64,000 bases of DNA from NCBI GenBank assembly GCA_036676495.1, contig JAKFCT010000091.1, positions 34,897 through 98,896 on the forward strand. Reading direction: 5' to 3'. The translations under genes and the position numbers were made by a program. Below the pieces are notes generated by a model. The model was given only the letters and a program-made list of their open reading frames with translations, was not told the origin of the DNA and ran no database searches. Of the stretch, positions 47,310 through 55,879 are shown one piece after another (the first letter of the stretch is position 1; each line of letters opens with the position of its first letter). The DNA comes from Candidatus Sericytochromatia bacterium (GTDB lineage Bacteria > Cyanobacteriota > Sericytochromatia > S15B-MN24 > UBA4093).

Positions 47310-47370
47310 CCGAGCCGCTCGCCACGGAGGAGGCCTGCTTGGTGATCCGCCTTCCGGGGAATAACCCCTC

Positions 47371-48411
47371 ATGATGGAGATTCAAGGCCTGACCCCCCGC
47401 GTCTCACGCTCCCCGCTTCCCGCCGGAGCCCCCGCTCCCGGCGAGGTCGCGTCACGTGCTGCGCTCGATCGCACCGCTTTCAGCCCCCAGGCCCTCGATC
47501 GAAAGACGCAGGGGCCTGATCGCCTCACCGGATCCTTCATCCAGCCGTTCGGGGAGAGCTCGGCTGCTTACTGGCAGCAGACCCTGGCCGACATGAAGGC
47601 GCTCGGGATGGATACGGTGGTCGTTCAGTTCTCGCGTTACGGCGATCAGGACCTTTCGGCCAACACCGAGCACATCCTCGAAGCCGCGGATCAGCTGGGC
47701 ATGACCGTCATGGTCGGCACCATGCTCGACGAGCACGGCGACGGCCCGCTGGGAAGCTGGTACCTGCGCCAGTACATGCCGTGGCAGCTCAAGAAGGACG
47801 CCTCGGAGGTCGCCGCGTACACCGGCGCGCTCGTGGAGAAGCTGAAGCATCACCCGTCCCTGGGCGGGATCTACATCCCCTACGAGGTGAACGCGACGGC
47901 CCGCGCCAAGGCGATCGGGGACTTCTACGGGGCGATCGCCAAGGCCGCCAAGGAAGCCAAGCCCGACCTATCGGTCATGCTCTCGCCTTACACCAACCTG
48001 ATCCCGGGGCTCGCGGCCTCCCGCTCCCCCGAGGCCCTGACGGCGTGGTGGGACACGGTCCTTTCCCGCGCAGGCATCGATATCCTCGCCTGGCAGGACG
48101 GGGTGGGAGGCACCTCGAAGCAGCTCGATCGGGTGGAGCGGGACCTGGGGGCGATCGCCAAGGCCACCGAGAAGCACGGCGTGGAGCTCTGGGCCAACCT
48201 CGAGACCTTCCACCGCACGACCAAGTGGTACGAGGGCTTTTCCGCGGGGCCGGCCTCCATGGACACGGTAAAGCGCCAGATCGAGGCCACCCGGCCGTAC
48301 GTTACCAAGCTGATCAACTTCGACTTCAACGATTACATGTCGCCCCAGAAGGGGGAGGCCGAACGCGCCTTCTACGAGGACTACCAGCGCTACCTCGCGG
48401 AGCTCGACTGA
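47371..48411 (+). CDS. DUF4434-like glycoside-hydrolase TIM-barrel protein with disordered N-terminal leader
   Basis: GSFIQP, W...LADMKALGMDTVVVQ, HHPSLGGIYIPYE, QDGVG, LWANLETF, RQIEA, YMSP. Confidence 0.72.
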   Translation: MMEIQGLTPRVSRSPLPAGAPAPGEVASRAALDRTAFSPQALDRKTQGPDRLTGSFIQPFGESSAAYWQQTLADMKALGMDTVVVQFSRYGDQDLSANTEHILEAADQLGMTVMVGTMLDEHGDGPLGSWYLRQYMPWQLKKDASEVAAYTGALVEKLKHHPSLGGIYIPYEVNATARAKAIGDFYGAIAKAAKEAKPDLSVMLSPYTNLIPGLAASRSPEALTAWWDTVLSRAGIDILAWQDGVGGTSKQLDRVERDLGAIAKATEKHGVELWANLETFHRTTKWYEGFSAGPASMDTVKRQIEATRPYVTKLINFDFNDYMSPQKGEAERAFYEDYQRYLAELD

Positions 48412-48453
48412 GCTTTTTCGGCGGGCGCGAGACCGCGCATCGCCGGCGGACCG

Positions 48454-48500
48454 AAACGCCGTCGCCCCGGATCGAGATCGATCCGGGGCGACGGCGTTTT
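48454..48500. terminator. Bidirectional terminator between convergent genes
   Basis: AAACGCCGTCGCCCCGGATCGA-GA-TCGATCCGGGGCGACGGCGTTTT. Confidence 0.8.
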
Positions 48501-48507
48501 GGCTCGC

Positions 48508-49590
48508 TTAGCGTTCCCGCTTCGGGGTCGGGATGGCGGGGGAGAGGGGGATGCCCTGTCCGCTGGCCTCGTGTTCGGGTTGGCCGGTGGCGGCGTGGCA
48601 GCCTCCTGTGATCCAGGAGTAGTCCTTCTCGATGTCCCAGAGCTCGCGCTTGCCGTCGAGCCCGTCGAGCAGGAAATGGCTCTTGATCAGTCCCGCGACG
48701 GGAGAGTAGGTATGGGTGGCCTGGCCCTTCTCCGAGCTGGAGCTGAGCCGGATGCAGTGCTCGAAGACGCCCGCCTCCACGGTGACCGGCTCGGCGATCT
48801 TGCTGAGCTGGTAGGTGACGGTGCCGGCCTCGGGATCCGTTTCGGTCCAGGTCCGCTCTTCGATCGGGAACTGCCAGATCCAGTCCTGGTGGCGGCCTCC
48901 CTCGGTGGTGGGAAGATCCACGAAGACGCCCCGCGCATCGGCCACGACTTCGTAGCGGTGGGTTTGCCCCGCCAGGTCGATCTGCATGATGCGGGCGCGC
49001 TTCTGGGTGTCGATCTGCTGGACGTGGGTGGGGACGTAGGCGGTGAAGCCGCGGTCCTCGCCTCCGACGACCTCGCGGAAGGTCGCGACCATGGCGAGCT
49101 CCATCAGGTAGTAGGTGGGCATGGGGGCGGCTTCCGGCTTGCTCTTGCCGTAGGGGCCGTTATAGCCCTGGCCGAGGTGGCCCAGGGTGGCGAGCACGCC
49201 GGGAAGGTCGGCGGGATCGGCGATTGAGGTGGCGACCCGGACGTGATGGTAGACGCCCGCGGGATCTCCGGAGGGCGTCACGGTGATCCGGAAGAGGCCC
49301 GGAGCGGGCGCTTGATCGCGCGTGAGCACGGGGATCTGGCGGATCGCCTTTTCCGGACGGGCGGAAGGGATGCTGTCGTAGGGATGGGCGGCGAGCCAAA
49401 GGTAGTCGTAAAGCAGGGCGCCGTCCGGGGCGAGCGAGACGCAGGCGAAGAGGTGATCTCCGGCGATCGCGACGCAACGCAGGGTGGGGGTTCGCGCTTC
49501 GAGGCCCGCGGGGCCCCAGGGGGAAAGATCGGTGAAGCCGGCTTGCGCGAAGGCGGCTGATAGCTGGGGAAGGTGTTCTGGCGTCATCAT
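48508..49590 (-). CDS. Hypothetical protein; C-terminal DUF3108-like beta-sheet motif
   Basis: EPVTVEAGVFEHCIRL...TYSPVAGLIK resembles the E.VTVPAG.F.C...G.V.K motif. Confidence 0.6.
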   Translation of the reverse strand: MMTPEHLPQLSAAFAQAGFTDLSPWGPAGLEARTPTLRCVAIAGDHLFACVSLAPDGALLYDYLWLAAHPYDSIPSARPEKAIRQIPVLTRDQAPAPGLFRITVTPSGDPAGVYHHVRVATSIADPADLPGVLATLGHLGQGYNGPYGKSKPEAAPMPTYYLMELAMVATFREVVGGEDRGFTAYVPTHVQQIDTQKRARIMQIDLAGQTHRYEVVADARGVFVDLPTTEGGRHQDWIWQFPIEERTWTETDPEAGTVTYQLSKIAEPVTVEAGVFEHCIRLSSSSEKGQATHTYSPVAGLIKSHFLLDGLDGKRELWDIEKDYSWITGGCHAATGQPEHEASGQGIPLSPAIPTPKRER

Positions 49591-49653
49591 AAGGCCATTC
49601 TGCGGCCTGAAGCCCCCCGTGTCCAGGGGCCGCGGGCGGCAGGGGCTCCGTAG

Positions 49654-50742
49654 TTACTTCGTATTTTTGGGCTTGCCGGTGAGATCCACGACGTAGACAT
49701 GGCCGTCGGTCTCGAAGCCGCGGTGCTTCATGGCCTCCTCCTCGACGGAGGTGCGCTTGCCGGGGACCATCTCCCAGCGCTTCACGCGGCCGGTGGCGAG
49801 CAGGTCGGTGAGGACGAGGTCGCGCTCGCCGTCGAGCTTGGGGTCGATCAGGTGGCTCGAGCGGAAGCTGGGGTCGATGTCGAGGTCGGGCTTCCAGCCG
49901 TCACGCTTGAGGGAGATCTCCACGTCGATCCAGGCGATCGCCGCGGTGTCGCGGGTGGCGGCGATCGCCCACTCGTTCGGACCCAGCGGCCAGATGCGCA
50001 GGTGATCGCGGGTGTTGTTGGAGTCGACGTTCTTGTTGAAGGCCACCATGTGGCGCTGGCCGTTCAGGAACATGTCGCTCACCGGGCCCTCCGGGTAGTC
50101 CATCAGGCCCGTTCCCGAGGAGATGCCCACCTTGAGGTTGTTCCAGAAGCTCTGTTCATGGGCCTTGACCCAGCCCGCTTCTTTCAGGGCGTGGGTCACT
50201 TGCTGCTTCGAGCCCTTCACCACCAGGTTGATCGGTTCGTTGTAGTTGGGGCGCAGCGGATCGGCCGAGCTGGAGATGAGCGGTTGGCGGATGGCCGTCA
50301 TGCTCGCGCGGGAGCGCGCGGCGGCCTTCTCGGCCTCCGGGATGACCGGATAGGGCACCATGTCGCCCGTCTTGATGAAGGGGTTATCGTTGAGGATGGA
50401 ATCCCAGACTTGCCGGATCGAGTCCTTGGTCTCCTTGAGGACCTCCGGGAGGTCGTCCAGGCGGAGATCCTTGAGGCCGGTCACCGTGGACTTGGCATCC
50501 GGGTGCATGGGGACCGGCACGTGCACGTCGAGGGAGATCGTGTCGGGGAACATCCGCGAGATGCTGTCTTGCGCCTGTTCGAGCTGCCGGGACGCCGCGT
50601 CCTTGAGGCTCGTCCCGGTGGGACCCGTCCCGGTGGGACCCGTCCCATGGGGGCTCGTCGTCGCGGGGCGGGTCGCTCCCGGGAGATTCGACGGGCGGGC
50701 GGGTTTGCGGGTCAGCGCGCGTGCCGTCTGCTGGATGGCCAT
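49654..50742 (-). CDS. LssY C-terminal-domain protein with disordered N-terminal leader
   Basis: RBS AAGGAGG before ATG 50742; EPINLVV.G, AGW, PVSDMFLNG, RDHLRIW, WAIAATRD, HLIDPKLDGERD, TDG. Confidence 0.75.
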   Translation of the reverse strand: MAIQQTARALTRKPARPSNLPGATRPATTSPHGTGPTGTGPTGTSLKDAASRQLEQAQDSISRMFPDTISLDVHVPVPMHPDAKSTVTGLKDLRLDDLPEVLKETKDSIRQVWDSILNDNPFIKTGDMVPYPVIPEAEKAAARSRASMTAIRQPLISSSADPLRPNYNEPINLVVKGSKQQVTHALKEAGWVKAHEQSFWNNLKVGISSGTGLMDYPEGPVSDMFLNGQRHMVAFNKNVDSNNTRDHLRIWPLGPNEWAIAATRDTAAIAWIDVEISLKRDGWKPDLDIDPSFRSSHLIDPKLDGERDLVLTDLLATGRVKRWEMVPGKRTSVEEEAMKHRGFETDGHVYVVDLTGKPKNTK

Positions 50743-50862
50743 GGTCCCCTCCTTGAACAGTTGATTAACGGAAATATAGGAGGGAATTGTCGATCTCTTG
50801 CCCTTCATTTTTACAGCCGCTTGCCGAAGGTATAATGGAAACCTAAAGGAGGCCGTCTCGAC

Positions 50863-52119
50863 ATGATGCGATCGGAGTATCGGAAGGTCCTGGCCATGGG
50901 CGCCATGACGGGGCTTGCCCTGCCGCTTTTCGCCGCGCCCGCCGCCGCGACCCCCCCCGGTGATTGGCCCGCGCTCCCGCCCAGCGCACCGGTCAGCCAG
51001 GTCAAGACGGAGGCTCCCGCCCGCAAGATCGTTCGCGAGCCGCGCGCCCTCTCGGGCCGGATCTACGAGGTTCGCCCCGGAGATACGCTCTGGGCGATCG
51101 CCGAGCGCCAGCTCGGAGATCCCACCCGCTGGCCCGAGCTCTTCGAGGCCAACCGCCAGCGCCTCTCCAGCCCCCACCTCATTCACCCCTCCCAGAAGCT
51201 TCAGCTGGGCGCGATCCAGCAGGCATCCCGCTCGGGCGGCGCTCGGATCGTTAAAAGCGACACCTACACCGTTCAGAGCGGCGATACCTTGGGCAAGATC
51301 GCCCGAAAGCGCTTCGGAAAGGCCTCGGAGTGGCCGGTCCTCTACGCCCTGAACCGAGAGAAGCTGGCGAGCCCCCATCAGATCTACCCGGGGCAAGTCC
51401 TGCGCGTTTCCGGCCCCCGCCGCGCGACCGTGGTCGTGGCCCCGCGCGCCAAGGTCTCGAACGCCGGCCGCAAGCTCTCCCGCAAGACCAATGACGGTCG
51501 GCTCCTCAAGGGCCATCGCCGGGTCGACGGCACCTATTACGCCAAGGGAGATGCGGGCCAGCTGATCTGGGCGGATACCCAGGAGCAGGTCCATCCCACG
51601 GACTCCACCCTCAAGACGACGCTTGCCCCCAAGATCCGCGAGGCCTTCAAGGTTCCCGAGCCCGCCCCCGTGGCGCCGGTCAAGAAGCCTGCCGTGGCCC
51701 AGAAGCCCGCGGCGGCTCCTGCCGTGGCGTCTGCGGACAAGAGCCCCGCGCCTGCGGTCAAGCGTCCGGCGCCTGCGGCCAAGCCCGTGGCTCGGATCGA
51801 CAAGCCCGCCTCCAAGGTCCTGATCGAGCTTCCGGCCTCCCAAAAGACGGGCTTCCTGCCGCCCACCAGCCAGGAGCGCATGGCCGCGGGAGCCCTATCC
51901 CTGGTCGTCCCGGGGGTCGGTCAGCTTTACAACGGGGATCCCGTCCGGGCCGGCCTCTTCATGGGCGCCGGGGCCGCCGGTCTGGGCGCGGCCGTCTACG
52001 GCATCGCCAACGACCGCCAGGATATCGGCGTGGCCGCCTCCGCGGGCCTCGTGGCCCTCAGCCTCTGGAGCGCCACGGATGCCTACCTCAACGCGCCTCA
52101 TCGCCCCGTCCGGAAGTAA
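50863..52119 (+). CDS. Secreted protein with two LysM domains, Pro/Ala/Lys-rich linker and C-terminal membrane segment
   Basis: Signal peptide; YEVRPGDTLWAIA and YTVQSGDTLGKIA; C-terminal LSLVVPGVGQLYNG...WSATDAY; TATAAT and AAGGAGG upstream. Confidence 0.85.
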   Translation: MMRSEYRKVLAMGAMTGLALPLFAAPAAATPPGDWPALPPSAPVSQVKTEAPARKIVREPRALSGRIYEVRPGDTLWAIAERQLGDPTRWPELFEANRQRLSSPHLIHPSQKLQLGAIQQASRSGGARIVKSDTYTVQSGDTLGKIARKRFGKASEWPVLYALNREKLASPHQIYPGQVLRVSGPRRATVVVAPRAKVSNAGRKLSRKTNDGRLLKGHRRVDGTYYAKGDAGQLIWADTQEQVHPTDSTLKTTLAPKIREAFKVPEPAPVAPVKKPAVAQKPAAAPAVASADKSPAPAVKRPAPAAKPVARIDKPASKVLIELPASQKTGFLPPTSQERMAAGALSLVVPGVGQLYNGDPVRAGLFMGAGAAGLGAAVYGIANDRQDIGVAASAGLVALSLWSATDAYLNAPHRPVRK

Positions 52120-52132
52120 CGCGCCGCTCTTC

Positions 52133-52170
52133 GCCCCCGGCCGCCCCGTGTGCAGGCCGGGGGTGTTTTT
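52133..52170 (+). terminator. Rho-independent terminator
   Basis: CCCCCGGCC...GGCCGGGGG followed by TGTTTTT. Confidence 0.65.
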
Positions 52171-52375
52171 CGTGAGGGCTGCGTGAGGTTGCCGCAAAGC
52201 TTCCATGTGATCGCTGTTGCGGCCTGATCGTTGGCTCCGATCGCGCACTGTTGCCAAATAATAAGCGCAACATCTTGTAGGATCGATCCGGGCACGCTAT
52301 ACTGAGAACGCTTGGTCGGTCGAAAGACGTGTCGCCAGCGCTTTTGATACCCTCTCACCCTCCTGGAGGCCCTCG

Positions 52376-53209
52376 GTGTTGGAAGACCTCAAGTTCTCGG
52401 GAGACGTGGCCCCGGCCGTCTCGCAGCGGATCACCCCGGACGACGCCCGGTATGGAGAGCTCGTCCAGGCGCTCTTTCTGAAGAATGAAGAACTCGTGCA
52501 CTCGCATCGGCAGCTCGAGGAAGAGGACGATCACAAGGCCACGCTCTTGAGCAACGTGGGTTACGAGCTGCAGAGCCCGCTCTCCAGCGTGCTGGGACTC
52601 GCTCACATGCTCGCCGAGGGAGATCTGGGGCCTCTCAACGCCTCGCAGCGCGATGCCGCCATGCGAATCCGCCATGCCTCCGAGGCCATGATGCGCGTGA
52701 TCACCGATGTGCTGGTCTGGACGCGCCTCAACGGGGACGGCTTCACCCTGCTGCGGGAGAGCGTCTCCGTGGGGGACCTGATCCAGGACACCCTTCAGGC
52801 CCTGCAGCCGCTCTTCGACCAGAAGAACCAGCAGGTCGAGATCGCACTCGACTTCCCGATGCCTCCCCTTCATGCCGATCGCGCCTGCATGCGCCAGGTC
52901 CTGACCAACCTTCTCGACAACGCCTCGAAGTTCACGCCCCAGGGCGGACGCATCGGCCTTTTCGCCCGCCGTCTGCCCGAGGGCATCACCTTCGAGATCG
53001 CCGACGAGGGCATCGGGATCGCCGAGGACGATCTGACGCAGATCTTCGATCGCTTGACCCAGGTCCGCGACCAGCAGCTGGCCCGCTCGGGAGGCGCCGG
53101 GCTCGGCCTTGCCATCGCCAAGCACCTCGTCGAGCTTCATGACGGCACGATCGCGATCGATAGCCGCCTCGGCTACGGCACCACCGTTAGCCTGAAGTTC
53201 CCGCTCTAG
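52376..53209 (+). CDS. Histidine-kinase-like protein lacking the phosphoacceptor His (pseudokinase)
   Basis: H-box reads SNVGYELQSPL; intact NLLDNASKFT, DEGIGI, GAGLGL; RBS GGAGG, GTG start. Confidence 0.82.
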   Translation: MLEDLKFSGDVAPAVSQRITPDDARYGELVQALFLKNEELVHSHRQLEEEDDHKATLLSNVGYELQSPLSSVLGLAHMLAEGDLGPLNASQRDAAMRIRHASEAMMRVITDVLVWTRLNGDGFTLLRESVSVGDLIQDTLQALQPLFDQKNQQVEIALDFPMPPLHADRACMRQVLTNLLDNASKFTPQGGRIGLFARRLPEGITFEIADEGIGIAEDDLTQIFDRLTQVRDQQLARSGGAGLGLAIAKHLVELHDGTIAIDSRLGYGTTVSLKFPL

Positions 53210-54225
53210 TCCGCGCAGCTCACCAGCCAGGCATCCAGCTCCTCGCGGGTCGGCAGGGCCGTCATGGCTCCGAGTTTGGTCACGACCAGCGCGCCGACCC
53301 CGTTGGCCCTCCGCAAGAGCGGGATCATCGTCTCCTGGGGCAGCCAGCGCACGACGTCGGGATCCGTGCCCTCCTCGAGGATTCCCGCGAGCAGGCCCGC
53401 GACGAAGCCGTCCCCGGCTCCGGTGGAGTCGAGCGCGGGGACGGCGATCGCCTGCACATGCCCCTCGCTCGCCCCGTTCTTCCAGAACGCGCCCATGGGC
53501 CCGTCCGTCACCACCAACAGCGCCGGGTTGAAATGCTCCCACGCCTTCGCCATGCCGTCGCGGAGATCCGTCGTACCGGTCAGGAACGCCAGCTCCTCGG
53601 TGCCCAGCTTCAGCAGATCCGCCGCGTGAGCCGCGGCCTCCAGGGCTTCGCGAGCCCGGGCTTCGGCCCTCTGGGGCTCGGACCTCTGGGTCTCGGCCCT
53701 CTGGGCAGCTTCCCAGAGCACCGGGCGGTAGTTGGGATCGTAGACCAGAAGCGCTCGGGAGGCCTTGGCTCGCTCGACCATGCGCGCGAAGGCTTCCCAC
53801 GAGGGGCTCTGCGCCTGCATCATGGAGGTCAGGTAGACGATCTTCACCTCGTCGAGGGGGAGCGCGTCCACCTCGGGGGCCGTCAGGCCGGCGTCTGCCG
53901 CCTGCTTCGAGAACGCCGCCAGGTGGCGCTCTCCGGCCGCGTCCAGCAGAACGTAGGCCATGCGGGTGTCGGCCGCCGGATCACGGACGACGCTCCGGGT
54001 GTCGACCCCTTCACTCGCCAGCCGCGCCACGAGCTGCTCGCCCCAGCGATCCTGGGCGACCTTTCCGGAGAAGCCGGCCTTCACTCCGAGCCGGGAGAGT
54101 CCGACCGCCACGTTGGCGGGTGCCCCGCCCGGGGCGGGATGAAAGGTCGTGGCCGCGTCCAGCGTCGCCCCGCGCTCGGGGCAGACCCAGTCGATGAGGA
54201 TTTCGCCGACGGTCAAGACGTCCAT
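53206..54225 (-). CDS. PfkB-family carbohydrate kinase (fructokinase-like)
   Basis: GEILID, PGGAPANVA, DPNYRPVLW, DSTGAGDGFVAG; ATG overlaps the RidA stop. Confidence 0.92.
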   Translation of the reverse strand: MDVLTVGEILIDWVCPERGATLDAATTFHPAPGGAPANVAVGLSRLGVKAGFSGKVAQDRWGEQLVARLASEGVDTRSVVRDPAADTRMAYVLLDAAGERHLAAFSKQAADAGLTAPEVDALPLDEVKIVYLTSMMQAQSPSWEAFARMVERAKASRALLVYDPNYRPVLWEAAQRAETQRSEPQRAEARAREALEAAAHAADLLKLGTEELAFLTGTTDLRDGMAKAWEHFNPALLVVTDGPMGAFWKNGASEGHVQAIAVPALDSTGAGDGFVAGLLAGILEEGTDPDVVRWLPQETMIPLLRRANGVGALVVTKLGAMTALPTREELDAWLVSCAD

Positions 54226-54680
54226 CAGAGGATCCTCGCGGTGAATTCGACTTCCACCGCCGCGCCCAGGGGGAGCTCGGCGACGCCGACGGCGGCCCGG
54301 GCGTGACGGCCGCGATCGCCCAGGACCTCGACCAGGAGGTCGGAGGCTCCGTTGATCACCTTCGGCTGCCCGGTGAAGCCCGACGCCGAGGCGACGAAGC
54401 CGCCCACCCGGATGATCCGGACGCGATCGAGGCTGCCGGCGGCCTGCTTGATCAGCGCGAGCCCGTTGATGGCGCAGAGGCGCGCGGCCTGGTACGCGTC
54501 CTCCACCGAGACGTCCCCACCCACGTAGCCCGTGCACGTGAGCTGACCGTCGCGCAGCGGCAGCTGCCCCGAGACGGTGATCAGGCCCGCGTCCTCGACG
54601 ACGGGAAGGTAGTTCGCGACGGCGGTGCTGGGCTCGGGCAGCGTGATGCCGAGTTCCGCGAGACGGTTTTCGATGGTCAT
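54225..54680 (-). CDS. RidA/YjgF/YER057c/UK114 family protein
   Basis: ANYLP, SGQLP, NGASDLL..VLG..GRHARAAVGVAELPLGAAVEVE. Confidence 0.92.
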   Translation of the reverse strand: MTIENRLAELGITLPEPSTAVANYLPVVEDAGLITVSGQLPLRDGQLTCTGYVGGDVSVEDAYQAARLCAINGLALIKQAAGSLDRVRIIRVGGFVASASGFTGQPKVINGASDLLVEVLGDRGRHARAAVGVAELPLGAAVEVEFTARIL

Positions 54681-54815
54681 GCCGATCTCCTTGTTCGTGC
54701 CAACCCTCGAGGGGTGTGGTATAAGTCCTCAGACAGGTCGTAGACCGTTCCGAGGGGGCAATCCGGCGCCGAAGGCGCAAAAACTATCTGGACATCATCA
54801 TTGGAGGAAACGCGC

Positions 54816-55709
54816 ATGGGCACTCGGTTCTCCCGAAATCTTCTCGCGACGGCGCTCACCGTCTCGGTGGCGACCGCGATCATGGCCCTGCCGGCCGCGG
54901 CCCAGGGGGCCGAGACCCAAGCTCCCGAGGCGTCCTCCCCGGCTTCCCCCGGCGCACCCGCGGCATCGCCGTCGGCGACTCCCGACGCGCCCAAGACCGA
55001 TGCGGCCAAGACCGACGGCGCACTCGTCGAGACCGGAGAGGGCCTGCGGATCGACTGGACCCGCGGCGTGCTCACGATGACCGGACTCGGCTTCTCCCCG
55101 GATCGCGGGTCGCTTTCCCAGCGCCGGGCCCTCGCCCACCAGACCGCGCTCACCGATGGGACCCGGCGCCTCTACGAGGCCCTCAACCAGCTGCGGGTGA
55201 ACGGCAACGCCTTCGTGCGGGATCTCACGGCCGTCGATGAGAGCCTGCGCAACTCCCTGCACTCCCGGGTCGCGGCGACTCCGGCCAAGACGGTCAAGCC
55301 CTGGCCCGACGGTTCGGTCGAGATCCAGCTCGAGCTTCCCCTCTGGGGCGCAGGCAGCCTCACCGAGCTCATGGCCGGCGCCGTGGATCTCGCGCCCGCT
55401 CCCGCTCCGGTGCCCACCGCGGCAGAACCCTCCGCCCTGGTGGTGGACGGTCGCGGCACGGGAGCGCAGCCCGCGCTCGCGATCGCCCTCAAGGATGAAG
55501 CCGGAAAGCTGCTCTATCACGGTCCCGTCACGTACTTTCATGCCTCCGAGGCGCTCGCCGAGGTCGCCGGGAAGAAGCCGCTCCAGCTCAAGGCGCGCCG
55601 TGCCATCGGAGCGACCCGCGCCGATCTCACGCTCACCGTCGAGGAGGCCAAGCGCTTCCGCGGGGCTCGCGAGAAGCAGCCCCTTCTCCCGGTGGTCGTC
55701 CTGCTCTAG
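54816..55709 (+). CDS. Secreted LPP20-like protein
   Basis: Signal peptide; IDWTRGVLTMTGLG, ALA...A..DG.RRLYE, LVVDGRG, PAL...LKDE.G..LY. Confidence 0.6.
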   Translation: MGTRFSRNLLATALTVSVATAIMALPAAAQGAETQAPEASSPASPGAPAASPSATPDAPKTDAAKTDGALVETGEGLRIDWTRGVLTMTGLGFSPDRGSLSQRRALAHQTALTDGTRRLYEALNQLRVNGNAFVRDLTAVDESLRNSLHSRVAATPAKTVKPWPDGSVEIQLELPLWGAGSLTELMAGAVDLAPAPAPVPTAAEPSALVVDGRGTGAQPALAIALKDEAGKLLYHGPVTYFHASEALAEVAGKKPLQLKARRAIGATRADLTLTVEEAKRFRGAREKQPLLPVVVLL

Positions 55710-55735
55710 CGCGGTCGTCGTCGCGCGAGGTCCGC

Positions 55736-55801
55736 GCGGCGTTCCCCGCCCTGGCCGCGTTCCCAGCCTTAGCCGTGTTCCTAGCCATAGCCGCGGGCGC
55801 T
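55736..55801 (+). repeat. Three degenerate 18-bp tandem repeats followed by AGCCGCGGGCGCT
   Basis: GCGGCGTTCCCCGCCCTG / GCCGCGTTCCCAGCCTTA / GCCGTGTTCCTAGCCATA. Confidence 0.6.
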
Positions 55802-55879
55802 CCTTGCTCTCATCCTACCAGAATCGTCCGCTTTCCAAGCAGGCCTTTCGGCCGTCTTCCGGTGCGGGGCCCCTGAGGC

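Noticed and set aside
50786-50833. Further copy of the sigma28-like promoter before the LssY_C gene
   Set aside because: ATCGACAAT lies at a similar distance (44 nt) but matches weakly and lacks the direct repeats.
49654-51843. 729-aa minus-strand ORF
   Set aside because: The N-terminal half is antisense to the LysM gene; a strong RBS marks ATG 50742.
53206-54780. 524-aa fusion ORF extending PfkB upstream
   Set aside because: The extension overlaps the RidA gene in another frame; PfkB homology starts at ATG 54225.
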